From Catajapyx aquilonaris (taxonomy: Eukaryota), in assembly GCA_000934665.2 (NCBI GenBank), contig JYFJ02004449.1:1-32055 (forward strand): a stretch of 32,055 nt of DNA, written 5' to 3'. Below, in pieces: positions 1 to 10,206 of this stretch. The translations under genes were made by a program, and so were the position numbers. The stretch's first letter is position 1, and every line of letters starts with the position of its first letter. Below the pieces are notes generated by a model that was not told the origin of the DNA, ran no database searches, and saw only the letters and a list, made by a program, of their open reading frames with translations.

Positions 1-433
1 TTTCTTTGCACCATTGATAAGAGGACACAAAACTGCGTAACATATGTTTTTTTCATAAAATTCTCATTGAGTGACTCTAGCTTCATTTCCACCTTAAACC
101 ATCCGTTTTAAAATAATTGAATTTTTTTTTTGTTGCCACCTCTGTAGAGTAATTGACAGCATTACGTGCAGATTCGATTGGCTTTACATGCAACATGTTG
201 CACTTCAATATATTCTATTACATGCAGACCATGGCATGGATTACGTAATACGGACTTTATGTGATATCCTGACAATAGGCTCTTCCAAGGACATGAGCAT
301 GACCAATGGACAAATATGTCATGTCATGTAATGTGTCGATTTATGTTCCTGCAGGCTAGTTGTAATATTTTTTTGCGAATGTGTATTTCCTGCTTGTATT
401 CCGTAGCTTGTAATGCTGGCTGTGGACAATGGC

Positions 434-593
434 ACATCTGGAACCTTCCACTTTTCCTGTTTCCATGGGGATGCTCTCGCACAACAATACGAGCAAACAT
501 TGTCATTTTTTGTTGACACTGTTTACTCCAATTGTTGCGTGAGGGCATCCCATGGAAACAGGAAAAAAAGGGAAGGTTGTGTTTGGCAGATGT
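434..593. repeat. Long imperfect inverted repeat / hairpin (core 452-566)
   Basis: ttttcctgtttccatggggatgctctcgcacaacaatacgagcaaacattgtca (452-505) pairs with tgacactgtttactccaattgttgcgtgagggcatcccatggaaacaggaaaa (514-566) around an 8-nt loop. Outer extensions aaccttcc/ggaaggtt and acatctg/cagatgt. Confidence 0.9.
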
Positions 594-825
594 CCGTTGA
601 CTAGGAGTTGGTGAACAAAACGATGACGTCAGATCGTTCTTTCCTTTAACGGACTTTAGCTTTGGAGATCATGTTGCTTGATGATGAACTGTTATGGTTC
701 TGTCGTAACAGAGGGACAATATATTTTCTTCTCAAATCGGAAAACTTATTACGATGGAGAGAGAGTTATTTTATAATCATCTGAGGATGGCATAAGGAGG
801 AGAATACTCTATTTGTATTGCTTAA

Positions 826-972
826 TTTTTATATATTTTATGGTAATTATTTTTTAACTTTGAGAAAAAATGGTGCTGTTGAATAAGTTGAGCAAGATTG
901 TTTTATGAAGAAATCCAAATAAAATATATTAGAGTTCTGAACATTGTGATTCACAATATATTTTGTAATGAT
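826..972 (+). repeat. Dispersed AT-rich repeat of about 145 bp; second copy at about 9724-9861 inside the hAT element
   Basis: tatggtaattatttt...gaagaaatccaaataaaatatattagagttctgaacat...ttcacaatata.tttgtaatgat occurs at both sites in the same orientation. Confidence 0.9.
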
Positions 973-1147
973 CCGGTAACAGTCGTAACGCTGCGTATGG
1001 CACGAAATGCTCTCATGTAAATTATATCAGCTGGATATGAAATGTGAATTGTTTTAATTTAGTCAGAAATAATTATTATGTCTTATGTTATGTTGCTCTT
1101 CTTAGATGTTTACATTGCAATTAAAGCATGGATAGTAACTGAAACAT

Positions 1148-1153
1148 TTTATT
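1148..1153 (-). terminator. Candidate poly(A) signal (AATAAA) of the aminopeptidase
   Basis: First minus-strand AATAAA I see downstream of the stop, about 330 nt after it; motif evidence only. Confidence 0.5.
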
Positions 1154-1485
1154 TACAACTGAAGGGTATTTTAATTTACAAGTGAAGTGTGCGTCTAGAG
1201 TACATGTGCCTTACTATACCATGACAGATTTAAGTATGCGAGTTGTGACAAATTTTGGCTTATCAATGACAAAGCCAGATAGCATTCTCATGGTAAATTG
1301 AGAAAAGGTAGCATAACATCAACAATTTGACTTCTGACTGTACGATGTAGTTCTATAATAAGTACTTGCAAAACAACAAATCCATAAAAAGCAACCATAC
1401 TTCGTGGTCATTAATATTTGTACTGATTTGCCTGCCACGCAACAATTGTCTGACCATGAAAGTACAATTTGGATTGATCAGATGG

Positions 1486-4400
1486 TTAGCCGAGATAACC
1501 ACTTTTCTTGAGCCACTCATCAACTGAAACCGTGTTTTGTTCCACCCACCAAATGTTCCGTGCAACCAGCTCCAGTGCTTGCTTTCTAGCCCTTGCTCCT
1601 GCTCCTGCTTCGGGATACTTCTTGAAAAAATCTTGTAACTATGGGCAAAGTTTATTTGGGTTACAATTGTGTAATATTCATATAGATTTATGCATGTTCT
1701 TACCTCTTGGAGATGCAGATTTGTGTTGAAATCACGTGACACAAATAGTACTGCCCTTCCCAAGTACCGATCGTTGAGGGTGAATCTGTCGACTAGGTAT
1801 CGCCACTCCTCCCTAAAATCGTTGATCGTCATTACCTGTTGATTATCTGACTGACATTTTGTGACGTACCTCAAGAAATTCCAGACTATTGGATTTCCAA
1901 CTGGATTGTCCGCAATGTATTTCAACACTGTCATGAAATCCTGAGACCTGACATTGTTTTCATCCTTTGCTAGGTGAATGTACCTGAAACAAAAACTCTT
2001 TAGTTGTGCTAAGGAGTGTGTGAAATGCCAGTAATTTCACACCTCTGAAGAAGCCATGGTTGAGTAGTCCACGCCAATCCATTTAGTAACTTCAGTTGCT
2101 CCTGTGCATTGCTCTCATTCTTGTACTTGTCCCACATTTTATCCCACTCCAATTCAGTACCAACTTGAGACATGCCATACCGATACACCACTGATCTAAG
2201 GTTTGGTGCAATGAAAGTGTTGTTGTGGATCCAATCAGAGAAAATGACTCCGACAGTCTTTAAGCAATCTTGATGATCAGTTTTGCAAGCCAACGAGATA
2301 ACTGATGCTCGTAACATACTGCAAAAAATGTTACATTAGCTTAAAAGGTATTTCCTTTTCATCATTACGTACCGTTGCAAGTGACCACCTTCGTCCTGCC
2401 ATCCCATATCGTTATAAATATCTCGTACCAACTCGGCCATGTATTTCTAAAAATCAGGCAGTATTTTAGCATTTTACCTTACAGCCCAGTAAATATTGAA
2501 CTCACTCGGAGCCCTCCATAAATTGGCGAGTTCCACAGCAGAGCCGACATTGACTCAAACTTAGAGTATGCGCTTTGCCATGGAACGTAGTGTCGCTCTT
2601 TCATCAAGTACCTCACTAAATCAAGCGGAATGTCAAATGACAACAGCTGTGCATTTGCTAAAGCGAAAGAGTCGTCTATCAGGTTAGCTCTATCACTGGG
2701 ACTCAACCTCTGCGGATAGGATAAAATCAGTTAGCTTTTGGCAAATTAAAACTGTGCGCAATACTTACTTCATGATTAGAAACCAAGAGTCGTCCAAGTT
2801 TCTTCCAATTCTCCAGATCATAATTAACTCTGTAGTAACCATACTGGTCAATGTTGAGCTTGATCCAATCAGTATCTGGCATGACGTCAATTGCCTCTGG
2901 AGTTGGAAATTCATGTTTTAATAACCACAGCAAACGCATGCAGTTTTTGTACAAGTGTTATTAAAGCTGCATTCATTTAATTTTTTTTAAAAGCAATACT
3001 GTTTTATTAAACTGTTGTTAAGTGTCTTAGACAGTTATTTGTGGTGCTAGTAGTGTCTGGGATTTTTCACATTGACAGTGAATTTTTTGGGGGGTATTTG
3101 CCATTCATTTTACTCATCTAGTGTGACATAAACCTTCATTAGTCCAGGATGTGTAAAGCCTGGAAAATTATGGGACACAACGACTGTATTTTGGACCATA
3201 ATCCCGCCATAACTCTCGATACAGGTCAAGGCCTTGCAAAACAGTAACTCACTGTCTTTTTCATCCCGGTGCATCCACATCCTCTTCGGAGCATCACTCT
3301 TCCCTTCCTTTGAAGTTGTATATGACACCGGCACATCCCATTTGTACCTGTCAACACAAGAAAAGAACTGATTTTTTTTTTTCTCTCGTTCTCTTTTTAT
3401 CCTGAGAATTACTCCTGAGACATATCCCAACACATTTCCATTCAGTAGGATTTCTGTTCCCACCTTTTTTGTGTGTACAGGTGGTGCATATAGGATTAGA
3501 TTCATGCGATAGTCCAAGATGAAATAGATATTGCTGATCTTGTTATGGTGGTTTCAGTATCATTACAAGTGGGGGGAAATTGTGCATTGTGCGTGAAATT
3601 AATGAGCCAAATTATTTGAAACTAATTGAATTTTTTTAAATTACACCGTTAAAATTCACATATGCATTAAAATTTATAAAAGGAAATTTTCACCTATCAC
3701 AAAGTTTAAAGTATTTGGTCATAGTCCCCCAAAGGGGTTGTTACGGCCCAGAAAGGGGTAAATTAAATTTGTTTAAAAATTAAAAAATTAAAAGTATTTG
3801 ATCATACAAGGATATTGAGGACCTCCTCCTCAATATCCACTGGCAACCCCATATCTGTTTGGGAAACGTCGTGAAGATGATGGTGATGATGATGACAAAG
3901 TTTAAAGTTGACAAATGAATAAAATAATGTACTCCCATGTTTTCAGTGCTTAAAAAAAAGTACAGCAGTTATGCAGGCTACATAAAATACGTGATCAATA
4001 TGTTTCATCATATTATATATCCGGCACTAACCCGAATGGCGACGTATGTTGGGTCGAGTGACCCTTGGGGTCAGCCAGGAACCGTCTCTGACTTAGTACA
4101 AATTTCCCCGGAGCCTTCTTTTGTACCGTGACCACAGGGTATCCCATCTGTCTGGTCCAGGTGTCCATCACACCGGTGATATTGACCGACTGGGACGTCC
4201 TGCTTTGAAGCTCGTCCCAAAGGTTCTGTGTCACAGCGTTTCTGTACTGATACTTCCTGAGAAACGCGGATATTCCCTGGCGGAATGTCTCGGATCCAAG
4301 GAAGTCCTCCAGCATACGAAGCACAGACGATCCCTATAAAAAAAAGATGAAGACAAAATATGGGGATTGTTTGGATGTGTGTCGTACCAAGTACCTTGTT

Positions 4401-7178
4401 GTAAGAGATGACATCGAATATCTCTGTGATTTCGTCCGGATTTGTGACTGTTTGCACTATCGGATGGGAACTCAGTTGGGCGTCTAGTTGCATCACGTAG
4501 TGCAGGTCTGATAGTATGAACTGGGATTCCTGCCAATTAATAGTATTTTTGTAGAGCATGCCCAAAATATACCGGCACGTTCCAGTTTCTGCCCGTTTGT
4601 TCGCTTACCATATCCCAATCCGTTTCGAACTGGGCAACTCCTTTGAACTCAATGTAGCTGGCGAAACCCTCATTCAGCCAAAGATCATCCCACCAAGCCA
4701 TCGACACTGCAACATTTGTACAATGACACTAAAAGGTCGCACATAACATGTTAAAGACATATACCTAGATTTCCAAACCACATGTGGACCAACTCATGCG
4801 AGATGACTGTTGCTGCTCTCTGTCGATTTGACGACGAGCTTTCTCTATCGTCTATCAAGAGGTTTGTTTCTCTGAAAGTGATGAGTCCCCAGTGTTCCAT
4901 GGCCCCGGACACGAAATCCGGTATGGCGATCATATCTGCGAAATTAAGACGAAATTTTTGGTGCGCACACTTTGTATAACATTGAGAGCCAGACACTGTT
5001 TATGATGCACATGGCTAATGAGGCCTGCTGGCAGCTGCATCACCATACAGTGTGGAGAGAAATTTAATGGCGCGTGTGGTTTATTTACAGCACCCGGCCT
5101 CAAACGACGTTGTAAGACCAACACAGCATCGATTTTTAGCCCGTTGCGACGTAACATGTGAATCTCACCTTGTTTCGGGAGAGGATAGTCAATCTGGAAG
5201 TATTCCTCGTAGTGATTCGTGATGTTGACTCCAGCCTCCAAAGCGTACAGTGTCCTCTGTTCCTGCTGGGGGGTCGAGTACACCCTGAACTCCTTTCCAT
5301 TTCGGGTTATATCGGACCTGTGACTAAAGTCACACACGATGAAGCAGACCAGATAGGTCACCATGGGCACCGAGGTTTGGAACTTGACCTCGGTCAAGCC
5401 ACGTTCTGGTCTGTCACTAGTTTCAATCTGAAACGAAAATCCGGTGTATACTTGCTGGTTAAATGTATCGATATCATTGGGTGAAGAATGAACCGTTGGA
5501 AATACATCATAAGATGAAGAATGAACGGTTGGAAATACATGCTTTTTCAGGCAGAATATTATACATGGCAAAGCTTTTAATTGGAGGTGTCATAAATTAA
5601 TCTAAGCTGCCCAATGCACGTGTGTAGCCTTGCACCTAATGAATGTGACTGCAATGCCCTTGACACCTGACCATTAAGCCAGGCGAAAGTTATCTGTCGA
5701 TTTGAAATCAATTAACCCCGTCCCTCCAGTGGTAATCAGCTAAAAAAAAAACTCCTCGAATTACTCCTCATTACTTCCCGTTGTCCGATCACACACAATC
5801 AGTCCCCCATGTTGGCAGCAAGATCAACACTGATCAGGACTGTGGTGGTAATGAAGTTACGCAGTGCAATTCTGTCATCATAAAAGTGCGAGGACTAGGA
5901 GCGAAAACATGTCAACAACGAGTAGCATGTACTTTGAATAATTTACGCGTGTCGTCTAAACTACAGGGTGTTTCATAACGTTCAATGTGGGCGAACTTTT
6001 AGAGTCGATACACATTATATGTAGAGGTGTCATTTGGTGTCGGTCGCTTTATGACTAATTATTGTAATTAGTACCTCGACTGGCATGTTGGAGAGGGCAA
6101 TGTAACCCTCAGAAGGTCGGATCATTGTCACGGTGAATTTGGACTTGAAACCAGGCTCGTCGAAGCAAGGGAAAGCTCGTCTGGCATATGTCGGCTGGAA
6201 CTTGCTGGTTGCAATTTTCCTAAGGAGAAAGAATATGAAAAAAAAAATTTGCGCGAGTTGTGGACCTGTTTTGATAGCAACAAAAACATGTTTTGCAATA
6301 AAGTAAAAGCAAAAGTGAAATTAGGGCAAGTTTTATCCTATAGGTTAACATTTTGCATCCCAGTGTAAAATTTTAGCTGAAAATATTTTTTTTGGCTGCA
6401 TACATATATATAACCGTGTTTAAGTGGGACAATTGCATGCGCATATTTAACAGTGTATGGCATATGCCGCATAAGTTTGTGTAACTGAATGTTTCGGCCT
6501 TGAGGTACCTAGTGCGATATTAATTCCCATGTTTTTAATTAGCCTATCTGTACACGTAACCCTTGCATCATGATATGACACGTAAGATGGTGCAAATAAT
6601 GGTATTTACCTTCGCTGTCCGGTGCTTTCATCACGATACACACTCCGGTAGAACCCAACGATGCCTCGATCCAAACTTCCATTGAATTCTAAGTGTATTG
6701 TATAATTACCAGGAACTGCAGGTCTATTCAACTCGATCACCCATAGCTCGTGCTTTGGATCCGAAAATGCTTTGTTGACCTCTGCTTGTCCAGTGACCAC
6801 TGTGTTGGTGATGTTGAGATGACTAGAGGACGCATGAAGCCACAGATGATTCCTAGCAGCAGTGATCACAACCTGAATGTCAACCTTGCCCCAGAAAACG
6901 TCTAGATCCAGGTTGGGTTGCAGGTACAGGTCATAGTGCATCGGTACCACTTCAGGAGGCAGCCGGTACGACACTTGCCAAGGATGGACCGGACCTGGAG
7001 GAACAGTGGTAGGTTCCTCCAGTTTGGTCAAAGGCGACTCCTGAGGACTGTCTTCAGGAAATGAGGAACACTTGGGCAGAAGAATGGCCACGGTCAGGGC
7101 CACACAGATGATGCTGAGGGCCGCACACACCCCGAGCAGTATGCCCGTGGTTCGAGTCACAAACATCTTCTCCGCCAT
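1486..7178 (-). CDS. M1-family zinc aminopeptidase, glutamyl aminopeptidase (aminopeptidase A)-like, type II membrane protein; 15 coding exons, 943 aa
   Basis: Exons on the minus strand, all GT-AG and phase-consistent, total 2832 nt: 7178-6610, 6219-6075, 5427-5169, 4935-4765, 4706-4609, 4529-4395, 4333-4032, 3347-3253, 2896-2769, 2709-2506, 2446-2373, 2318-2043, 1983-1870, 1812-1704, 1638-1486 (TAA). N-terminal hydrophobic anchor [23 protein letters not shown]. Motifs: [26 protein letters not shown] (GXMEN variant), zinc motif HELVH...WLNEGFA, ISYNKG, and an ERAP1-like C-terminal region ending [17 protein letters not shown]. The glutamyl aminopeptidase-like assignment is from remembered arthropod motifs, not from a search. 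Confidence 0.95.
3713..3894 (+). mobile_element. 182-bp retroposon fragment with a (GAT)n tail in aminopeptidase intron 7
   Basis: Flanked by a perfect 14-bp direct repeat acaaagtttaaagt (3699-3712, 3895-3908). Ends caaccccatatctgtttgggaaacgtcgtgaagatgatggtgatgatgatg, which resembles RTE-type LINE/SINE 3' ends (family assignment from memory). Internal 12-bp hairpin at 3810-3838. Confidence 0.7.
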
Positions 7179-7805
7179 AGTACCTGGACTGGACTGAGTC
7201 TGAAAAATGCAGGATTGAAGGAGATATACAAGCGAGAGAATGTGCAACGCATGCGCTCGTGCTGTTTGATTAGATGTTGTTGTGAAGACGGACGGGTTTT
7301 CTTATTGAGTGACTGGCAGGTGTTATCAGGGGTGAAAGTGAGGCCCCATCGACAGGTACGCGGAATGTGGGGCTCCTTATTCATTCAACGCAATGAGTTG
7401 GTTAAGATCAAGAGTCTGTCGAAGCTTATTGTGTTATTCAACATAGTAAACAAAAGGTGTAATCGTGTTTGGGTTTTATCGAAGGACAATGGCATTAGAG
7501 CGGGTCGTTATTCCCTGAAGTATGAAGGTTGTGAAGTCATAATTCAGCATTGTTCAGCTGTTGTTGCAAAGGACATAAATATGACTGTAAAAAGTCAGTC
7601 GATAAAATAATAAAAATTATGGAAGTCTATATGAAATCAAGCAACAATTTGGAGATATTTTTGGCCTCCACTTATTTTTCATATGACATAAGCAGGACAT
7701 AAGCGCATGTTTTTATGACATGAACTTCCGGGAAGGGATAGGCTTCAAGGTGTGGTCTTCCAGATGCACCAGCACACGACAATGAATATTAGTGACATCA
7801 GGCAT

Positions 7806-8305
7806 GATCACTTGTGACAGTGCGTCACTGGAATCATCCTCAATTTGCAATCATTTGCGATTCGGCATACCCTTCTGGTGCACATTGCGAAGTAGATCTC
7901 AAAATACAATGGCAACGTGTATCATAACCTGTTGCCATGGAGTATGTATTATCACACGATAATGCAATGTGAAGAATGCGATTTGCTCTTACCTATCGTA
8001 CTGACCTCCAACATGTGAGGAAAAAGTATTGACACATCATAATTATTATTCATATGATGTGTGTACCGAGGAACGTCCGGTACTGGCCAGTGATGAACCA
8101 GTTCACATACTCGTCGATAAATAGTCACTAAGTTATTACCCGTATGAACTATTGCAGTCAGGATCATCCGTTTCGCATGTTTCAGTCTACTTGGTGTTTC
8201 ATAACTTCAAGTCAGTCCAAGGCAAAAAAGATCAGAATGTGCATTATAACCTGCATTACTTGTGAGAGAGTGTTCGTAATATTTTTCTGCTCATACATCG
8301 CAATT
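7806..8305 (-). pseudogene. Collapsed relic of desaturase A (pieces of exons 5, 4 and 3, the exon 2 acceptor and upstream intron)
   Basis: Collinear matches to desaturase A. gatcacttgtgac at 7806-7818 equals 10205-10217 (stop codon region). atggcaacgtgt near 7910 resembles atggaaacgtgt near 10428. The exon 4 donor and end at 7989-8035 resemble 10899-10950. 8077-8106 vs 10978-11007 is 28/30 identical. catccgtttcgcat at 8165-8178 matches 11444-11458. aaaaagatcagaa near 8225 matches near 11725. ttctgctcata near 8285 matches near 12503. Indels destroy the frame. Confidence 0.85.
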
Positions 8306-8456
8306 CTGGTCCTGCAATTGTTTAAAAAAAATACTGCCTGTCATCAATAACAGTTACTGATAAATAATGCCTCCTTGCACTTTATAAACAGCACTGGCTT
8401 TTTCCCCTCCATAGTTTTTACGTTTGGGATAAACCATTTCTTGTGACAATATTTAA

Positions 8457-9160
8457 GCAGGTCAAGGTCGTGCAAAACACTAAGACACCCGGTACATCAC
8501 ATCATTTTAGGAGCATCACTACTCTTCCATTCCTTTGATGTTTTATACGACACTGGCATGATCCATTTGTACCTGTCAACAGAAGAAAGAACGTTTTTTT
8601 TTTCTCTGGATTCCCGAGACATAATCCGACAAATTTCCATCATCCCAGCACTAACACTAAACTACTAAAGGCTTTGAAAGGCTTACTTGGTTGAACCGAG
8701 TGACCTTTTGTGTCAGCCAGAAAACATAGTGAGACGTGAAGTTCTCTGTAGAGTATACAGTACCTCTCACTCATTACAGTAATCTAGCTGGTCGGAAACA
8801 CATGTTTCGAGTGAGGAACTTGAAAGCAACAGGATTGCAACCAACCTGTTGCTGCAGACATCAGTCGACAGCCATGCAAATGCGGAGAGCTTTATTTGGA
8901 CTGGCATTTCAACCTGGAAGCCCTGGTCCTTTTATTGCATAAATGATGGCATATACTGTAAATCAGCCTACATATAGCTAATGACAGTGTTTGAGCTTTG
9001 TTTGATCTTTTGTGGTGTGGTTTTATATACGTAAGTTAGCCTATATACTTTGAAATTCTGTGAAGAAGGACTGTCTTTCTTATTGACTGGCTGGCAATAT
9101 ATTTTTATGGGAGAATTAAGGCATTAACTGGTGGCTCTGACTCTTTATTATTTATTCAGG
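8457..9160 (-). pseudogene. Collapsed relic of the aminopeptidase gene (exon 8, end of exon 7, 5' region)
   Basis: 8457-8640 aligns to 3221-3441. The relic exon 8 starts at 8572 and reads YKWIMPVSYKTSKEWKSSDAPKMM* against [25 protein letters not shown] in the gene. cgagtgaccttttgtgtcagccagaaaac (about 8697-8725) resembles 4055-4083 in exon 7. 9059-9096 vs 7281-7318 is 32/38 identical. Order and orientation match the live gene. Confidence 0.88.
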
Positions 9161-9227
9161 TTGCGAGGCATCGAGTGCATCGGAACATATTTGATAAAAA
9201 AGGAAGCTGAGGAGACATGATGTAGCA

Positions 9228-10124
9228 CAGTGGTTCCCAAACTTTTTTTTGTCACGTACCCCTTTTCAAATATGTCAAACCAATTTGTACCCTCACTCCT
9301 ACCTGCTACCTGAAAATAGTAACTGTGAGCAATTATCAGTTAATGTGATGTGTGTGATTTCTTTCTTTCACACTTATTATTGGTGAGAAGTAGTGGCGTC
9401 AATATATTTAAGCCTGATGTCTTTCACAACACAGAGTCGATGACTGTACTTTGTTTTCGTGGACGTTACTAGAAAACAGCTTCACATAAATAAGTATAGT
9501 TAGTAAATAAAATTAAGTACTTCAGAGCACTGCACTAGTTGCCAGGATCAGATAGTCTTCCATTTATTCAGCCCAAAAGTTCAGAAGGGTATTTTCATAT
9601 TTCAAACTTGAATTCGTAGAAATGATGAACCTTTATGATTCTGCACTGATATGTTCGGGAGGCGTAAATAAATCTGAAACTCCTGATGCAATTGATTGGC
9701 ATGTCCATTTCGACATTTGTTAATTATATTCTATGGTAATTATTTTGAACTTGGAGAAAAAATGATGCTGTGGAATAAGTTATGCAAGTTATGCGAAGAA
9801 ATCCAAATAAAATATATTAGAGTTCTGAACATCGTAATTCACAATATAATTTGTAATGATTCAAAAAGTTGCTAACATTTTACCCAAAACTGGAATTTTT
9901 TGATCAATCCTTCGAATTTGCTTTGCTCATTAAATATATTGAGTAAGACCATTTTGTGTGTTTTTCTCATAATTAAGTTCGTTAATTCTTGTTGAAAGAA
10001 TAATGTGGTTCCCACAAATGTAGAGACTGGAAGCGATTGCACGATATCTTTCGCGTATACCCACAAAAATTGTTGTTCGCGTATACCCCCCAGGGGTACG
10101 CGTACCTCAGTTTGAAAACCACTA
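9228..10124. mobile_element. Non-autonomous hAT (Charlie/Buster-like) DNA transposon, 897 bp
   Basis: TIRs CAGTGGTTCCCAAACT (9228-9243) and AGTTTGAAAACCACTA (10109-10124), 13/16 complementary. 8-bp TSD aTGTAGCA (9220-9227) / tTGTAGCA (10125-10132). Subterminal GTACCC-type motifs at both ends. No transposase ORF. Confidence 0.85.
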
Positions 10125-10206
10125 TTGTAGCAGAACTGTAGTACGTATTCAACAATACTGAAACTGCAATGCGTGCGTTAGATGTTATGCGTAACTCCAG
10201 AAGCGA

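Noticed and set aside
1353..1934. 193-aa ORF as a standalone gene
   Set aside because: It is read-through of aminopeptidase exons 13-14 across a 57-nt stop-free intron (1813-1869), then out-of-frame sequence. There is no evidence for intron retention.
5483..5540. Two copies of tgaagaatgaac(c/g)gttggaaatacat with a 32-bp period
   Set aside because: Simple intronic tandem duplication. Only two units with no unique spacers in a eukaryotic context, so not CRISPR-like.
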